This document shows positions 30,075 to 39,256 of a stretch of 64,000 bases of DNA, one piece after another. The stretch's first letter is position 1. Every line of letters begins with the position of its first letter. Under the pieces are notes generated by a model that made no database searches, had not been told where the DNA came from, and saw nothing but the letters and a program-made list of their open reading frames with translations. This DNA is from Trueperaceae bacterium (GTDB taxonomy: Bacteria; Deinococcota; Deinococci; Deinococcales; Trueperaceae): contig OZ243927.1 of the NCBI GenBank assembly GCA_965213925.1, forward strand, positions 2,656,001-2,720,000, given 5' to 3'. The position numbers and the translations under genes are program-made.

Positions 30075-30503
30075 CTACGCGTTAGGCGGGTGCCAGCCCA
30101 CCTCAATCCAGAGCCGCCTCGCTTGCACCAGGGCCTCACGGTTGAGCGTTAAGGCTTCAACTGTTGCCCTGCCGCTCGCTGTCTTACCCGCAATATTCAG
30201 CCCTGTCTCCACCCACTCGAAGTGCTCACGCCATACTTGTTGGCGCGGATGATAGAGCGGGACGAGCTGAGCTGTGTTCGGGTCGGTCGCGGCGACCCGC
30301 TGCCCCTTAGCGAGGTTGCAGTCCCAGCAGGCGAGGCAGAGGTTCGCGGTATCGCTGCTGCCTCCGAGAACCTCTGGGATGATGTGATCCACCATAAAGC
30401 GCATCCCTGCTACCGCTTCCTGGGTTTGACAATAGGCGCAGCGGAAGTTGAAATGCGCCGCCACTTCGCGACGTAGAGCGAGGGATAGCTTGGTTTTCGA
30501 CAC
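30075..30503 (-). CDS. HNH endonuclease
   Basis: CAYCQ..DHIIP..GG..NLCLAC..CN..K, LYHPR..W..HF. Confidence 0.92.
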   Translation of the reverse strand: MSKTKLSLALRREVAAHFNFRCAYCQTQEAVAGMRFMVDHIIPEVLGGSSDTANLCLACWDCNLAKGQRVAATDPNTAQLVPLYHPRQQVWREHFEWVETGLNIAGKTASGRATVEALTLNREALVQARRLWIEVGWHPPNA

Positions 30504-30512
30504 CTATTGAGG

Positions 30513-30908
30513 TTAAGAAGAGGTGAGCAGGCTGTCGACCTCGTGCCCCCGGCGCTTAAGTAGCGCTGCCGCTTCAGCCCGCAAGCGCATCACCTGTTGG
30601 GCGTAGCGCTGTAAGCGCAGCGCTTCGGTAGCTTCCTCGGGCGTGAGACCTTCGCGCTGCCGCCGTTCGACGAGCGCCTGCATCCGTTCGCTCTGCTCGT
30701 CTGCGACACGCTGCTTGGCAACTTGCCACAGTTGAGCGTCGTCTAAAACAGTGAGTTGCTCGAGCTGAACGTCGTTGGGCGTCTCGACCGCGAGCGCTGC
30801 TTCGAGGAGGGCGCGCGCTTCCTCCTCCAAAGAGCGGGCATGGGCGGTTGCGCGCGCTTCTAAAGCAACTTGCGCGTCGGGCGAGAGTTGGAGTTCGAGG
30901 GCGTCCAC
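30513..30908 (-). CDS. Small helical protein, putative antitoxin partner of HNH
   Basis: N-terminal Arc/FitA-like segment (ALEARATAHARSLEEEARALL); 9 bp from HNH gene; TAAACT-N6-GTG start. Confidence 0.7.
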   Translation of the reverse strand: MDALELQLSPDAQVALEARATAHARSLEEEARALLEAALAVETPNDVQLEQLTVLDDAQLWQVAKQRVADEQSERMQALVERRQREGLTPEEATEALRLQRYAQQVMRLRAEAAALLKRRGHEVDSLLTSS

Positions 30909-30952
30909 AGCTCTAGTTTAGCACGGTGCAAATCTCAAAACTGGCATAAACC

Positions 30953-30984
30953 TTCTGCGCGAGTTGCGCGCGTCTCACGCACAA
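30953..30984. repeat. 32-bp palindromic boundary site
   Basis: TTCTGCGCGAGTT GCGCGC GTCTCACGCACAA. Confidence 0.9.
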
Positions 30985-31160
30985 GCGAATCATGCCAACA
31001 GCCAAACAGCGCATCTACACCGCGGCATTCCTTAGCTTAATCCATCCCTGTGGCTGTGACAGTAAGGCGTGGAAGTGCTACCTATATTTTGCACAAGTGC
31101 GATTGGCGTGATCGTTTTTTGGGCGACTGACTAAAACCAGCTTGGTTGCTAGATTGCTTC

Positions 31161-31760
31161 ATGCCTAAACTTTCCGAAAATAACGCTGAAGAGGTTTTGC
31201 TGGACGCCGCCGAGCGGCTGCTGATTGCGAGAGGATATACCAATATCAGCACCCGAACCCTCGCAAAGGAAGCGGGTGTCAACCACGGGTTGGTGCATTA
31301 CTACTTCGGCTCGATGGAGAACCTCTTTCTGCGCGTATTGGAACGCTTTACTGACCGCCTCATCAAACGTCAGCGGGCGATGTACGCTACCGACAAGCCC
31401 TTTAGAGAGAAATGGCGAACTGCCATGACCTTTATCGACGAGGATTTACGCTCGGGTTACCCTAAAATCTGGCTCGAGCTGCAAACCTTGGCGTCCAATA
31501 ATCCGGCGCTGCGCGAATACATCACTCGGGTCAATGCTGATTGGCGCGCAGTGCTGACGGAGGCCTTTAGAGAAGCGCTCGACGAGTACGACCTGACGTG
31601 GGATGAAGACAAGCTGTCAGCCTTTGTGTCGTTAGTGATGACCTTTAACCTAGGGCTCTTGGTCGAGCGCTTGAACGGCGTAGAGGAAGGTCACGATGTG
31701 CTGCTAGCACTTATCGAACGCTGGCTCTCCTCCTTGGAGCGCGTTCCGACCTCGAGCTGA
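31161..31760 (+). CDS. TetR/AcrR family regulator
   Basis: LLDAAERLL..GY..STRTLAKEAGVNHGLVHYYFGS. Confidence 0.92.
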   Translation: MPKLSENNAEEVLLDAAERLLIARGYTNISTRTLAKEAGVNHGLVHYYFGSMENLFLRVLERFTDRLIKRQRAMYATDKPFREKWRTAMTFIDEDLRSGYPKIWLELQTLASNNPALREYITRVNADWRAVLTEAFREALDEYDLTWDEDKLSAFVSLVMTFNLGLLVERLNGVEEGHDVLLALIERWLSSLERVPTSS

Positions 31761-31777
31761 CGCTCTAAGAGAGGCAA

Positions 31778-31821
31778 TTGACAAAATGAAGACCTCGTGC
31801 TATTTTTAGTCAACTGACCAA
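31778..31821 (+). promoter_or_regulatory. Sigma70-type promoter with overlapping putative TetR operator
   Basis: TTGACA-17 bp-(TG.)TATTTT; dyad TTAGTCA-AC-TGACCAA (31806-31821); related TTGGGCG-AC-TGACTAA at 31119-31134. Confidence 0.65.
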
Positions 31822-31947
31822 TACGTTTGACTAAATGCTTTTAGCTTCCGGTGAGCTGGAGTTTAGCGGAGCGCACATATTCTAGCTGTAGATAAGAAAG
31901 CGCGGAGCCTGGTGGTGGGACGCACTGACATATGAAGGGACACATGT

Positions 31948-33996
31948 ATGAGAGCTCGAGAGCCGGACCGTTCGGGCAAGGTCACTAACAACGGGGTTGA
32001 TATCTACTATGAGGTTCACGGCGCAGGCGAACCGACGCTCCTGCTCATTCCCACCTACCAGATCGTGCATAGTCACATCTATAAGATGCAAGTCCCCTTT
32101 CTGGCGGACCATTACCGCGTCATCACCTACGACAGCCGGGGCAGCGGCCTGTCCGATAGACCCCAAACGGATTACGGTATGGACGCGCTGGTGGACGACG
32201 CACTTGCGGTTCTTGCGGAGGTAGGGGTAGACACCTTTGGAACAGTCTCCCTCTCCGCATCATCGCAGACGGCCCTTTTTTTGACTGCCCGCTGCGAGGC
32301 GCGCGTTCTCGGTATGGTCATCATCGGCGGCTGGGCGGGCCGCGACAGCACGCCCGACGCGCGAGCAGCCTGGGAGGCGCGCAAGGCGCTGATGCTCTCC
32401 GATTACGACACCTTTGTCGAGGGGTTCTTTGAGGGTGTCTTTTCCGAGCCGCACTCGAGCAAAGCCCGCGACGACGGTTGGGACTGGGCGCACGGGACCG
32501 ACCCCAAAACGCTCGTCGCGACCAGCGAATACGGCTGGCTGCACTGCGACGGGCGCGAGGTCATCGACAAGGTGACCTGTCCGGTGCTCGTCATTCACGG
32601 TAAAGACGATGGACGCATCCCCTTCAAAATGGGCGAGGACCTTCACGCACGCTTGCCAAACTCCCGGCTGGTCGCCTTCGAGGGCGGCGGTCACGGCCCC
32701 CAAGCCCGCGACCCGGTCAAGGTCAATCACCTTATCAGAGATTTCTTCGGCGTCAAGAAACCTCGGGCGAGCGTGTTTCACCGGGCCCTGACGCGACCTA
32801 AACGGGCGCTTTTTGTCTCAAGCCCCATCGGTCTCGGACACGTCCAGCGTGACTTGGCTATCGTTCGGGAACTCAGAAGCCTCGTCCCCGACCTGGAGGT
32901 TCACTGGTGGGCGCAGCACCCGGTAACGCGCGTACTGGAGGAAGCAGGCGAATTCGTCCACCCCGCGAGCGCTGCCATGGCTTCGGAGTCGCAGCATTGG
33001 GAGGAAGAGGCGTCGGGTCACGAACTCCACGCCTTTTACGCCTTTAGGCGCATGGACGAGATTCTCCTTGCCAACTTTATGCGCTTTCACGAACTGGTCC
33101 GCAACGAACCCTATGACCTGTGGATAGGTGATGAGTCGTGGGAGGTCGACTACTATCTGCACGAAAACCCCGAACTCAAAACCGCCCCTTACATCTTTTT
33201 GACCGATGTGATAGGTTTTTTGCCGGTCGATGAGGGCGACGCCAGAGAGTGTGAGCTCACCGCCGACTACAACGCCGAAATGCTCGAACAGCGTGCGCGG
33301 TTTCCTTACCTGCGCGACCTCTCGCTCTACATTGGTGATTACGAGGATCTGCCTGACAGGGCGTTCGGTTCCGGTCTGCCGAAGATTCAGGATTGGGCCA
33401 GGGCGTGGTTCGAGCCGGTCGGCTACATCGCACCGTTCGACCCGGACTTATACCGAGATACCTCCGCGCTCAAGAAGCGGTTGGGGTACGAGAGCGAAGG
33501 GCCGCTGCTCTTCGCCGCCGTTGGTGGCACAGCTATCGGGCGCTCGCTTCTCCGAAAGACTACGGAAGCGTTCGCCCTCGTGCGGCAGCGTCGCTCCGAC
33601 GCCCATATGGTGATAGTCACTGGGCCGCGCATTGACCCGGCTTCCTTACCCGATGTAGAGGGTTTGGACAAACGCCCTTATGTTCATAATCTTTTCGAAC
33701 ATCTCGCCTGCGCCGACGCCGCCGTAGTGCAGGGGGGCTTGAGTACCACGATGGAACTTGTCGCTACCAAACGGCCCTTTATCTACTTCCCGCTCCGCAA
33801 CCATTGGGAACAGATGCACCACGTGACCTACCGTTTAGACCGCTACGGCGCGGGTATCCGCCTGGACTACGCCGCGACCTCCCCCGAAAGGTTGGCCGGG
33901 GCGCTCGATGAGGCGCTTGAGCACCCCGTGAACTACCGCAACATCGTTCCAGGTGCTGCTCGCCGCGCCGCCGAGCGCATCGCCAGCCTGCTTTGA
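31948..33996 (+). CDS. Alpha/beta hydrolase fused to a GT-B glycosyltransferase-like domain
   Basis: YDSRGSGLSD, SLSAS, IHGKDD, GGHG; then SPIGLGHVQRD..VVQGGLSTTMEL. Confidence 0.85.
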   Translation: MRAREPDRSGKVTNNGVDIYYEVHGAGEPTLLLIPTYQIVHSHIYKMQVPFLADHYRVITYDSRGSGLSDRPQTDYGMDALVDDALAVLAEVGVDTFGTVSLSASSQTALFLTARCEARVLGMVIIGGWAGRDSTPDARAAWEARKALMLSDYDTFVEGFFEGVFSEPHSSKARDDGWDWAHGTDPKTLVATSEYGWLHCDGREVIDKVTCPVLVIHGKDDGRIPFKMGEDLHARLPNSRLVAFEGGGHGPQARDPVKVNHLIRDFFGVKKPRASVFHRALTRPKRALFVSSPIGLGHVQRDLAIVRELRSLVPDLEVHWWAQHPVTRVLEEAGEFVHPASAAMASESQHWEEEASGHELHAFYAFRRMDEILLANFMRFHELVRNEPYDLWIGDESWEVDYYLHENPELKTAPYIFLTDVIGFLPVDEGDARECELTADYNAEMLEQRARFPYLRDLSLYIGDYEDLPDRAFGSGLPKIQDWARAWFEPVGYIAPFDPDLYRDTSALKKRLGYESEGPLLFAAVGGTAIGRSLLRKTTEAFALVRQRRSDAHMVIVTGPRIDPASLPDVEGLDKRPYVHNLFEHLACADAAVVQGGLSTTMELVATKRPFIYFPLRNHWEQMHHVTYRLDRYGAGIRLDYAATSPERLAGALDEALEHPVNYRNIVPGAARRAAERIASLL

Positions 33997-34247
33997 GAGA
34001 TAGAACCTCCGCTGTTTCGGACCAACCTGCAGGCTCGAGAAAGGAACTTTCACGGCTCATCAACTAAAGGACTATCTGTAATACGAAAAGCGCAGCTAGC
34101 TAAATTTCGCAGCTATCCCGTAGCGTGACCACTTTTGAGGTCGCTAGCGCCGCTAGGTCAAGCGGAGCATTCGTACAACAAAGTCACCAATCGGATCAAA
34201 CTCAGCAAAATTTTAGGTTGCTTTTTTGGGCAAAGCTCGCATAAGTC

Positions 34248-34279
34248 TTCTGCAACTGACGCGCGCGACTGCCGCACAA
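34248..34279. repeat. 32-bp palindromic boundary site
   Basis: TTCTGCAACTGAC GCGCGC GACTGCCGCACAA. Confidence 0.9.
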
Positions 34280-34338
34280 CGGCCCAGGCGGAGCAGGGTC
34301 ATGCGACACACTTCGCGGCTTAAATTCAAGGCTCAGGT

Positions 34339-36048
34339 TTAGGTGTCGAAGCGCACGGTGATCTCGGCTGGTTCAGGTCTCTTTGCAACTTCAAACCGGA
34401 GAGACGGCTGCTCGTTTAAGCCCATCTTCAGCGTCAGCTCCGACACCTTGGCGAGTTGTTCGACGGTGGGCGAAGGCTCCTTGACGGGTGCTTGGTCAAT
34501 CCACAAGGCGTACTCGCCCTGCGACACCTCGGACACCCAGGGGAAGATGTGCGGCACCTTTTTTGCCTCTCTTGTCAGCGCGCTCATGACGCGGTGCCAC
34601 TTGGCTTCGCCGGGCGAACTCACCTCAGCCCACACGAGTTCGCCTGGCGTCGCGCTCTGCGCGCCGAGCTTGAAGGGAACGCGGAAGCGGTAATAATCCT
34701 CCTTGCTAGCGGCTTCATCTCCCTTCGCGGGATAGCGTACGCTCAACTGGCCCTTAGGCGTTTTGAGGGTCGTTTTCAAGCTGGTGATCGCGTTGCCCCT
34801 GATCTTGCGCGCCCGCTCGCTCAGGACCGACATGAGACCGGTGTAGAGGGAGAGGTCAAGTTGGGGCGTCTCTAAACCGTAGGGTGTGTAGCGGTGGACG
34901 GTGGCGTAGTGGCGACGCCAACTCGCTTTTACTTTGAGCTTATTCAGGTACGCCGCATCCTCCGGGGCAAGCGCGTCTAGGGGACTCAGCGAGAGACCTT
35001 CTGCACCGCCGGTAGCCAAGAGTGACTTAGGAACATGAGGCTCAGGGGAACTCGCCGCTTCCAACATGTCCATTATCGTCTCGGGGTTATTTGTCGTCTT
35101 ACAGACCTCGAGCCAGTTCCGAAAAACCGCTAAGCCGTACTCCTCCTCAGCCTGACCCATCACGTTGGCGTAGCGCCAAGGTCCGTCATCTAACCTGAAG
35201 GCGATGAACTTGTAGCCATCGATGACCTCCCAAGGTCGTGCCTGGAAAAAGCTTGCAGCAGCTTTGAAAAACGCCTTGACCTCGGGCTCGAGGTAGTGGA
35301 CGAAGTAGCTCGGCGTCGGCTCGGGGGTGAGGGCTTGTTCAAGCGCCTCTAATGCCTCGTTCGCGGCGTTGACGTCGCCTACTGCAACGCTTATACCTAA
35401 CGTCTCGAGGTCTGTCAGCGCATTCCTCATCGAGGGATCAGCTACGCGCAAGGTGTGAGGACGGGCGCTCGGTAGCCCTTGAGGAGGTTGGGCACAGGCG
35501 CTCGTAACGAGTTCGGTGAGTTCGGCACGACCCAGAGGCTCTGAATGGATGAGAAAGCTCCGGATTAATCCCTGAGAGGTCGCGACCAGCCCGAGGTGTC
35601 CGAGCGCAGGCTTTTCCTTGTCATCAAGAAAGTAGGTCGCAGCAGCTTGTGTCACGAGCCACGTCTCTTCGACTTGCGGCAGTCCCCTAATTTCCTCGAG
35701 GCTCAGTTCTTGTGGCTCATACTGCGCCATCGCGTCGCGGTGAAGCGCCCAAGGGATCGCGCCGAGACCTTCGCCCATCCACAGGGCGGTATCGACAGGT
35801 ACGCTGTCGACGCTAAAGCGTTTGACCTCGAGGAGATTGAGCGCGACCTCCTCGAGCGCCTCCTCGGTAGTGACAAGGTCAGCCAGCCACAGGTTGTCGG
35901 TGGCACAGTATCCCATCGTCAGCTCTAAAGCGAGCACTTGGTCTTCAAGATGGAGTCCGAGTGTAGCCTGGCGGAACTCAAAAGAACGCCCGCATTCCGG
36001 GCACACTGGCAGAGGGAAACGTGCCCAGAGCAAGCGGTCGGTCGGCAT
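34339..36048 (-). CDS. Hypothetical protein with N-terminal CxxC
   Basis: CPECG; AAASFFQARPWE..VMGQAEEEYGLAVF conserved-looking block; TACAAT-N6-ATG start. Confidence 0.7.
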   Translation of the reverse strand: MPTDRLLWARFPLPVCPECGRSFEFRQATLGLHLEDQVLALELTMGYCATDNLWLADLVTTEEALEEVALNLLEVKRFSVDSVPVDTALWMGEGLGAIPWALHRDAMAQYEPQELSLEEIRGLPQVEETWLVTQAAATYFLDDKEKPALGHLGLVATSQGLIRSFLIHSEPLGRAELTELVTSACAQPPQGLPSARPHTLRVADPSMRNALTDLETLGISVAVGDVNAANEALEALEQALTPEPTPSYFVHYLEPEVKAFFKAAASFFQARPWEVIDGYKFIAFRLDDGPWRYANVMGQAEEEYGLAVFRNWLEVCKTTNNPETIMDMLEAASSPEPHVPKSLLATGGAEGLSLSPLDALAPEDAAYLNKLKVKASWRRHYATVHRYTPYGLETPQLDLSLYTGLMSVLSERARKIRGNAITSLKTTLKTPKGQLSVRYPAKGDEAASKEDYYRFRVPFKLGAQSATPGELVWAEVSSPGEAKWHRVMSALTREAKKVPHIFPWVSEVSQGEYALWIDQAPVKEPSPTVEQLAKVSELTLKMGLNEQPSLRFEVAKRPEPAEITVRFDT

Positions 36049-36107
36049 AGCTGCATTGTACGCCATGAGACCGTGCGCAGCGATTAGACGAGGTGCCGAG
36101 CAGGGGC

Positions 36108-36139
36108 TTCTGCTCCTAAAGCGCGCAACTCGCACCGAA
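36108..36139. repeat. 32-bp palindromic boundary site (diverged)
   Basis: TTCTGCTCCTAAA GCGCGC AACTCGCACCGAA. Confidence 0.75.
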
Positions 36140-36158
36140 GCCTTACAAAGTCTTCGGC

Positions 36159-36680
36159 TCAAGCCTCTTCCGGCTCGGTGACGTTCGCCAACCATGCCTT
36201 GGCGCTGCCCTCTGCGCCTCCCACCACCGACAAGCTGCCGTCCGTCTCGAGCACCACCGCCCCGACCTGCTCGAGCGATTTTTGCCCACTTGCTCGGACT
36301 GCTGCTCGAATTTCTTCTTTGGTGACACGTGTACGCTTTAGGCTCGACTCTAGGAAACGCTGCTTGTGATAAAGCAGCGTCGGCTCTCCCTTAACGAGCC
36401 CCTGGAAGCGTTTTGAACGTACCGACAGGTAGGTAATGATGAACTGGCCAAAGATGAGCACAGCTAACGCCGCGACGCTCTCGGCGAGTGCCACATCCTT
36501 ACTCAAGAGCGTACTCGCCAGCACCGATCCTAGAGCGACCGTGACGATGAAGTCGAAGGCGTTGAGCTTCGAGAGCGTCCTTTTGCCCGACACTCGCAGC
36601 ATCAGTAGGAGAGTGAGGTAGGCGAGCGGGCCGACCAGCAGCACGCGCCCTATGTCCGCCCAGGAGCTAAAGAAAATCAT
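36159..36680 (-). CDS. DUF421/YetF family membrane protein
   Basis: RVSGKRTLSKLNAFDF, GEPTLL, VVLETDGSLSV. Confidence 0.9.
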   Translation of the reverse strand: MIFFSSWADIGRVLLVGPLAYLTLLLMLRVSGKRTLSKLNAFDFIVTVALGSVLASTLLSKDVALAESVAALAVLIFGQFIITYLSVRSKRFQGLVKGEPTLLYHKQRFLESSLKRTRVTKEEIRAAVRASGQKSLEQVGAVVLETDGSLSVVGGAEGSAKAWLANVTEPEEA

Positions 36681-36782
36681 TTGACCAGTGTAACAGCCTT
36701 GTACCGGCAGAGCTTTTGCTTTATTTGGTGCTACACGGCTTAATATATAGCAAGGAAATCAAGTTGCAAGTTGAGGAGCGGT

Positions 36783-36814
36783 ATCTGCAATTAACGCATG
36801 CGTCAGCTGCCAAA
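36783..36814. repeat. 32-bp boundary site with variant palindromic core
   Basis: ATCTGCAATTAAC GCATGC GTCAGCTGCCAAA. Confidence 0.75.
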
Positions 36815-36912
36815 AGGCTCCCAGCCCCTCTCCTCACAGCTCAGGTCACGCTGTGCGCTATAGTGCGGCGAATAGGCGTACAACGACTCGTACATGATTC
36901 CGGAGGGAAGCC

Positions 36913-37887
36913 ATGAAAGCGGTGGTGTACACAGACTACGGACCCCCCGAAGTGCTCCGGCTCGAGGAGGTAGAAAAACCCGCCCCTAAAGACGACGAAG
37001 TTCTGGTCAAGGTTCACGCGGCGGCTGCGAATCCGCTCGACTGGCACTTCATGAGGGGTACGCCGCTCCCGTTCCGCCTTGTTTTTGGATTCCGCAGACC
37101 GAAGAACACGTTTCTCGGGGCGGACATCGCGGGGCACGTCGAAGCGGTTGGCAGCGGGGCGACACAGTTTCAGCCCGGTGATGAGGTGTTCGGTGACGTG
37201 AGCGGCAGCGGGTTGGGCGGCTTTGCCGAGTACGTCTGTGCCCGCGAAGAGACCTTAGCCCTGAAGCCGAGTACCTTATCCTTTGAAGAGGCGGCGGCGG
37301 TCCCAGTGGCAGCTATCACCGCGCTACAGGGGCTTCGCGACAAGGGACAGATTCGGTCCGGGCAGCAGGTGCTGGTCAACGGCGCCTCGGGCGGGGTGGG
37401 CACCTTTGTGGTGCAGCTCGCCAAACATTTCGGGGCCGAGGTCACCGGCGTGTGCAGCACGCGGAATCTGGAGCTGGTGCGCTCCATCGGGGCGGACAGA
37501 GTAGTCGACTACACGAGAGAGGACTTCACCAAAAGCGGGCAGCCGTACGACCTGATCCTCGACGCGGTGGGGAACTGTTCGGTCTCGGACTACGAGCGTG
37601 CCTTAGGTCCCCAAGGAAGATGTGTCATCGTCGGCTTTACCACCCTAACTCATCTGCTCCAGGTTGCCTTGTTGGGGGCGTGGGTATCTAGGAGGGGGCG
37701 GAAGAAGATCGGTGTTATGGGAGCGGCGAAACCGAACCAGACGGACCTGGTTTTCATCAAAGAACTTCTCGAGGTCGGCAAAGTCGCCCCCGTCATAGAC
37801 AGGACCTACCCGTTAAGTGAGACGGCTGAAGCTATCAGATATCTCGAAAAAGGGCACGCTCGGGGAAAAGTTGTCATCGACATCTGA
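36913..37887 (+). CDS. NAD(P)-dependent alcohol dehydrogenase / quinone reductase (MDR)
   Basis: YGPPEVL, NPLDW, NGASGGVG, GHARGKVVI. Confidence 0.92.
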   Translation: MKAVVYTDYGPPEVLRLEEVEKPAPKDDEVLVKVHAAAANPLDWHFMRGTPLPFRLVFGFRRPKNTFLGADIAGHVEAVGSGATQFQPGDEVFGDVSGSGLGGFAEYVCAREETLALKPSTLSFEEAAAVPVAAITALQGLRDKGQIRSGQQVLVNGASGGVGTFVVQLAKHFGAEVTGVCSTRNLELVRSIGADRVVDYTREDFTKSGQPYDLILDAVGNCSVSDYERALGPQGRCVIVGFTTLTHLLQVALLGAWVSRRGRKKIGVMGAAKPNQTDLVFIKELLEVGKVAPVIDRTYPLSETAEAIRYLEKGHARGKVVIDI

Positions 37888-37915
37888 CCCTCTCAGCGCT
37901 CCTGAACTCGGACCG

Positions 37916-37947
37916 TTGTGCGTGAGACGCGCGCGTTAGTTGCGCAA
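37916..37947. repeat. 32-bp palindromic boundary site
   Basis: TTGTGCGTGAGAC GCGCGC GTTAGTTGCGCAA. Confidence 0.9.
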
Positions 37948-37980
37948 AAGCCGAGCTTTACTGGACTACAACCAAACAGC

Positions 37981-38931
37981 TTAGGCATGGCGCAACCTCA
38001 GAACGATGTCCTGAGGGTAATTTCCGAAAGCGCGTCCAAAGAGGTTAAGGCCGCCGATAAAACGTGCGTCCGCCTCCACGCCGATACGAACTGAAATATA
38101 GTCGTGTGCGCCTATATTGAGATCGTCGAGGGTGACGCTCGAGACTTTGAGCCCGTCAACTAGGCTGTAATCACGGTTGACCTGCCAGACCTTAAGGAGT
38201 CCATACTGTGAGTTTCGGCTCTCCCACCATGAAGGGGTAAGCTTCCCCCGCTGCCCCCCGAAGTCCGCCGGGCTCGTCCAGGTTCCCACTTTAACGCCGC
38301 CTATCCACACGGAGATATCCGAGGGCCAATCATCGTGGTGCATAGGGGCTTCTGAGCAGACCTCAAAGCTCAGACTCAGGCTCTCTAACGTCGCTTTCGG
38401 CGGTAAGCGGTTGGGGAAGCGGTACTCGACATAACCTTGGTGAAACCATAGAAGCTGCGCTTGGGCGCGGCCCGTTTCATAGAACGAGGCGGGATCATCG
38501 AGCAGCCCGATGAGACCTGTTTGGCTCGCCAAGCCGCAGGTCGGGGTGACTTGACAGTCAACGAAAGCGCCAACCGGAGTCGAGAGTTCGGTAAAGTCGT
38601 CCTCTTGCCCCTTAACTTTGGGAAATTGGAGTAGCAGCGTGTCATAAGCTCTCGTACAGACCTTCTGCGAGCCGCGTGTCGCAGGTCTATGTTCGGTGAG
38701 GAGCAGCCCCGCCTCCTCCAAAACAGTGATATGCATGTTGGCTGTCGAGATGGGCAGCTCCAACGCCTGCGCGATCTCGCTGACGTTGAGCAGTTGATCA
38801 CCTAACAGGTGGAGGATGCGCAAGCGCGTCTCTGACGCTACCGCTTTGAGCGTACGGTAGGTCTCGCTATCTTCCGGGTCGCCCTGCAAGGAGAGGCCGC
38901 GTGGGTAGAGTTCGGGTTCGGCTAGGACCAT
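37981..38931 (-). CDS. ArsR-HTH regulator of carbohydrate loci
   Basis: ASETRLRIL..NVSEIA..GSQK; CSEAP, WTSPADFG, SQYGLLK, FGNYPQDI. Confidence 0.85.
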   Translation of the reverse strand: MVLAEPELYPRGLSLQGDPEDSETYRTLKAVASETRLRILHLLGDQLLNVSEIAQALELPISTANMHITVLEEAGLLLTEHRPATRGSQKVCTRAYDTLLLQFPKVKGQEDDFTELSTPVGAFVDCQVTPTCGLASQTGLIGLLDDPASFYETGRAQAQLLWFHQGYVEYRFPNRLPPKATLESLSLSFEVCSEAPMHHDDWPSDISVWIGGVKVGTWTSPADFGGQRGKLTPSWWESRNSQYGLLKVWQVNRDYSLVDGLKVSSVTLDDLNIGAHDYISVRIGVEADARFIGGLNLFGRAFGNYPQDIVLRLRHA

Positions 38932-39256
38932 GCTGTTTACCTCGTTATCTTTTAGAAAAAGCTCGATAACCCCACCCTTTTCTTACAGCTCAATATAACA
39001 TAAAAGAGGTGTTGATTCGTCTCCCGTTTGCCACCTCAGCTTGTGACCGTTGATCGAACTTAGACTAAACAGTTGAGTTGGAGACTAGCAAGGCATATCT
39101 ATAACGGTTTTATCGCTACCGAAAATAGAAGAAGATGTTACGCCGTTGTACCCTCCACGAGAAAAGACAGGTTGAAGTCGAAGTGACGCTGTTATATGGT
39201 CAACCTTGTAATAAAACACATTTACAAGAAACATAGCTGCTGAGAGGAGTGATACC

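Noticed and set aside
18061..37947. Boundary repeats as classical integron attC sites
   Set aside because: Only 32 bp, AAC/GTT lie inside next to the core rather than at the outer R''/R' ends, genes are in mixed orientation, and no intI is present.
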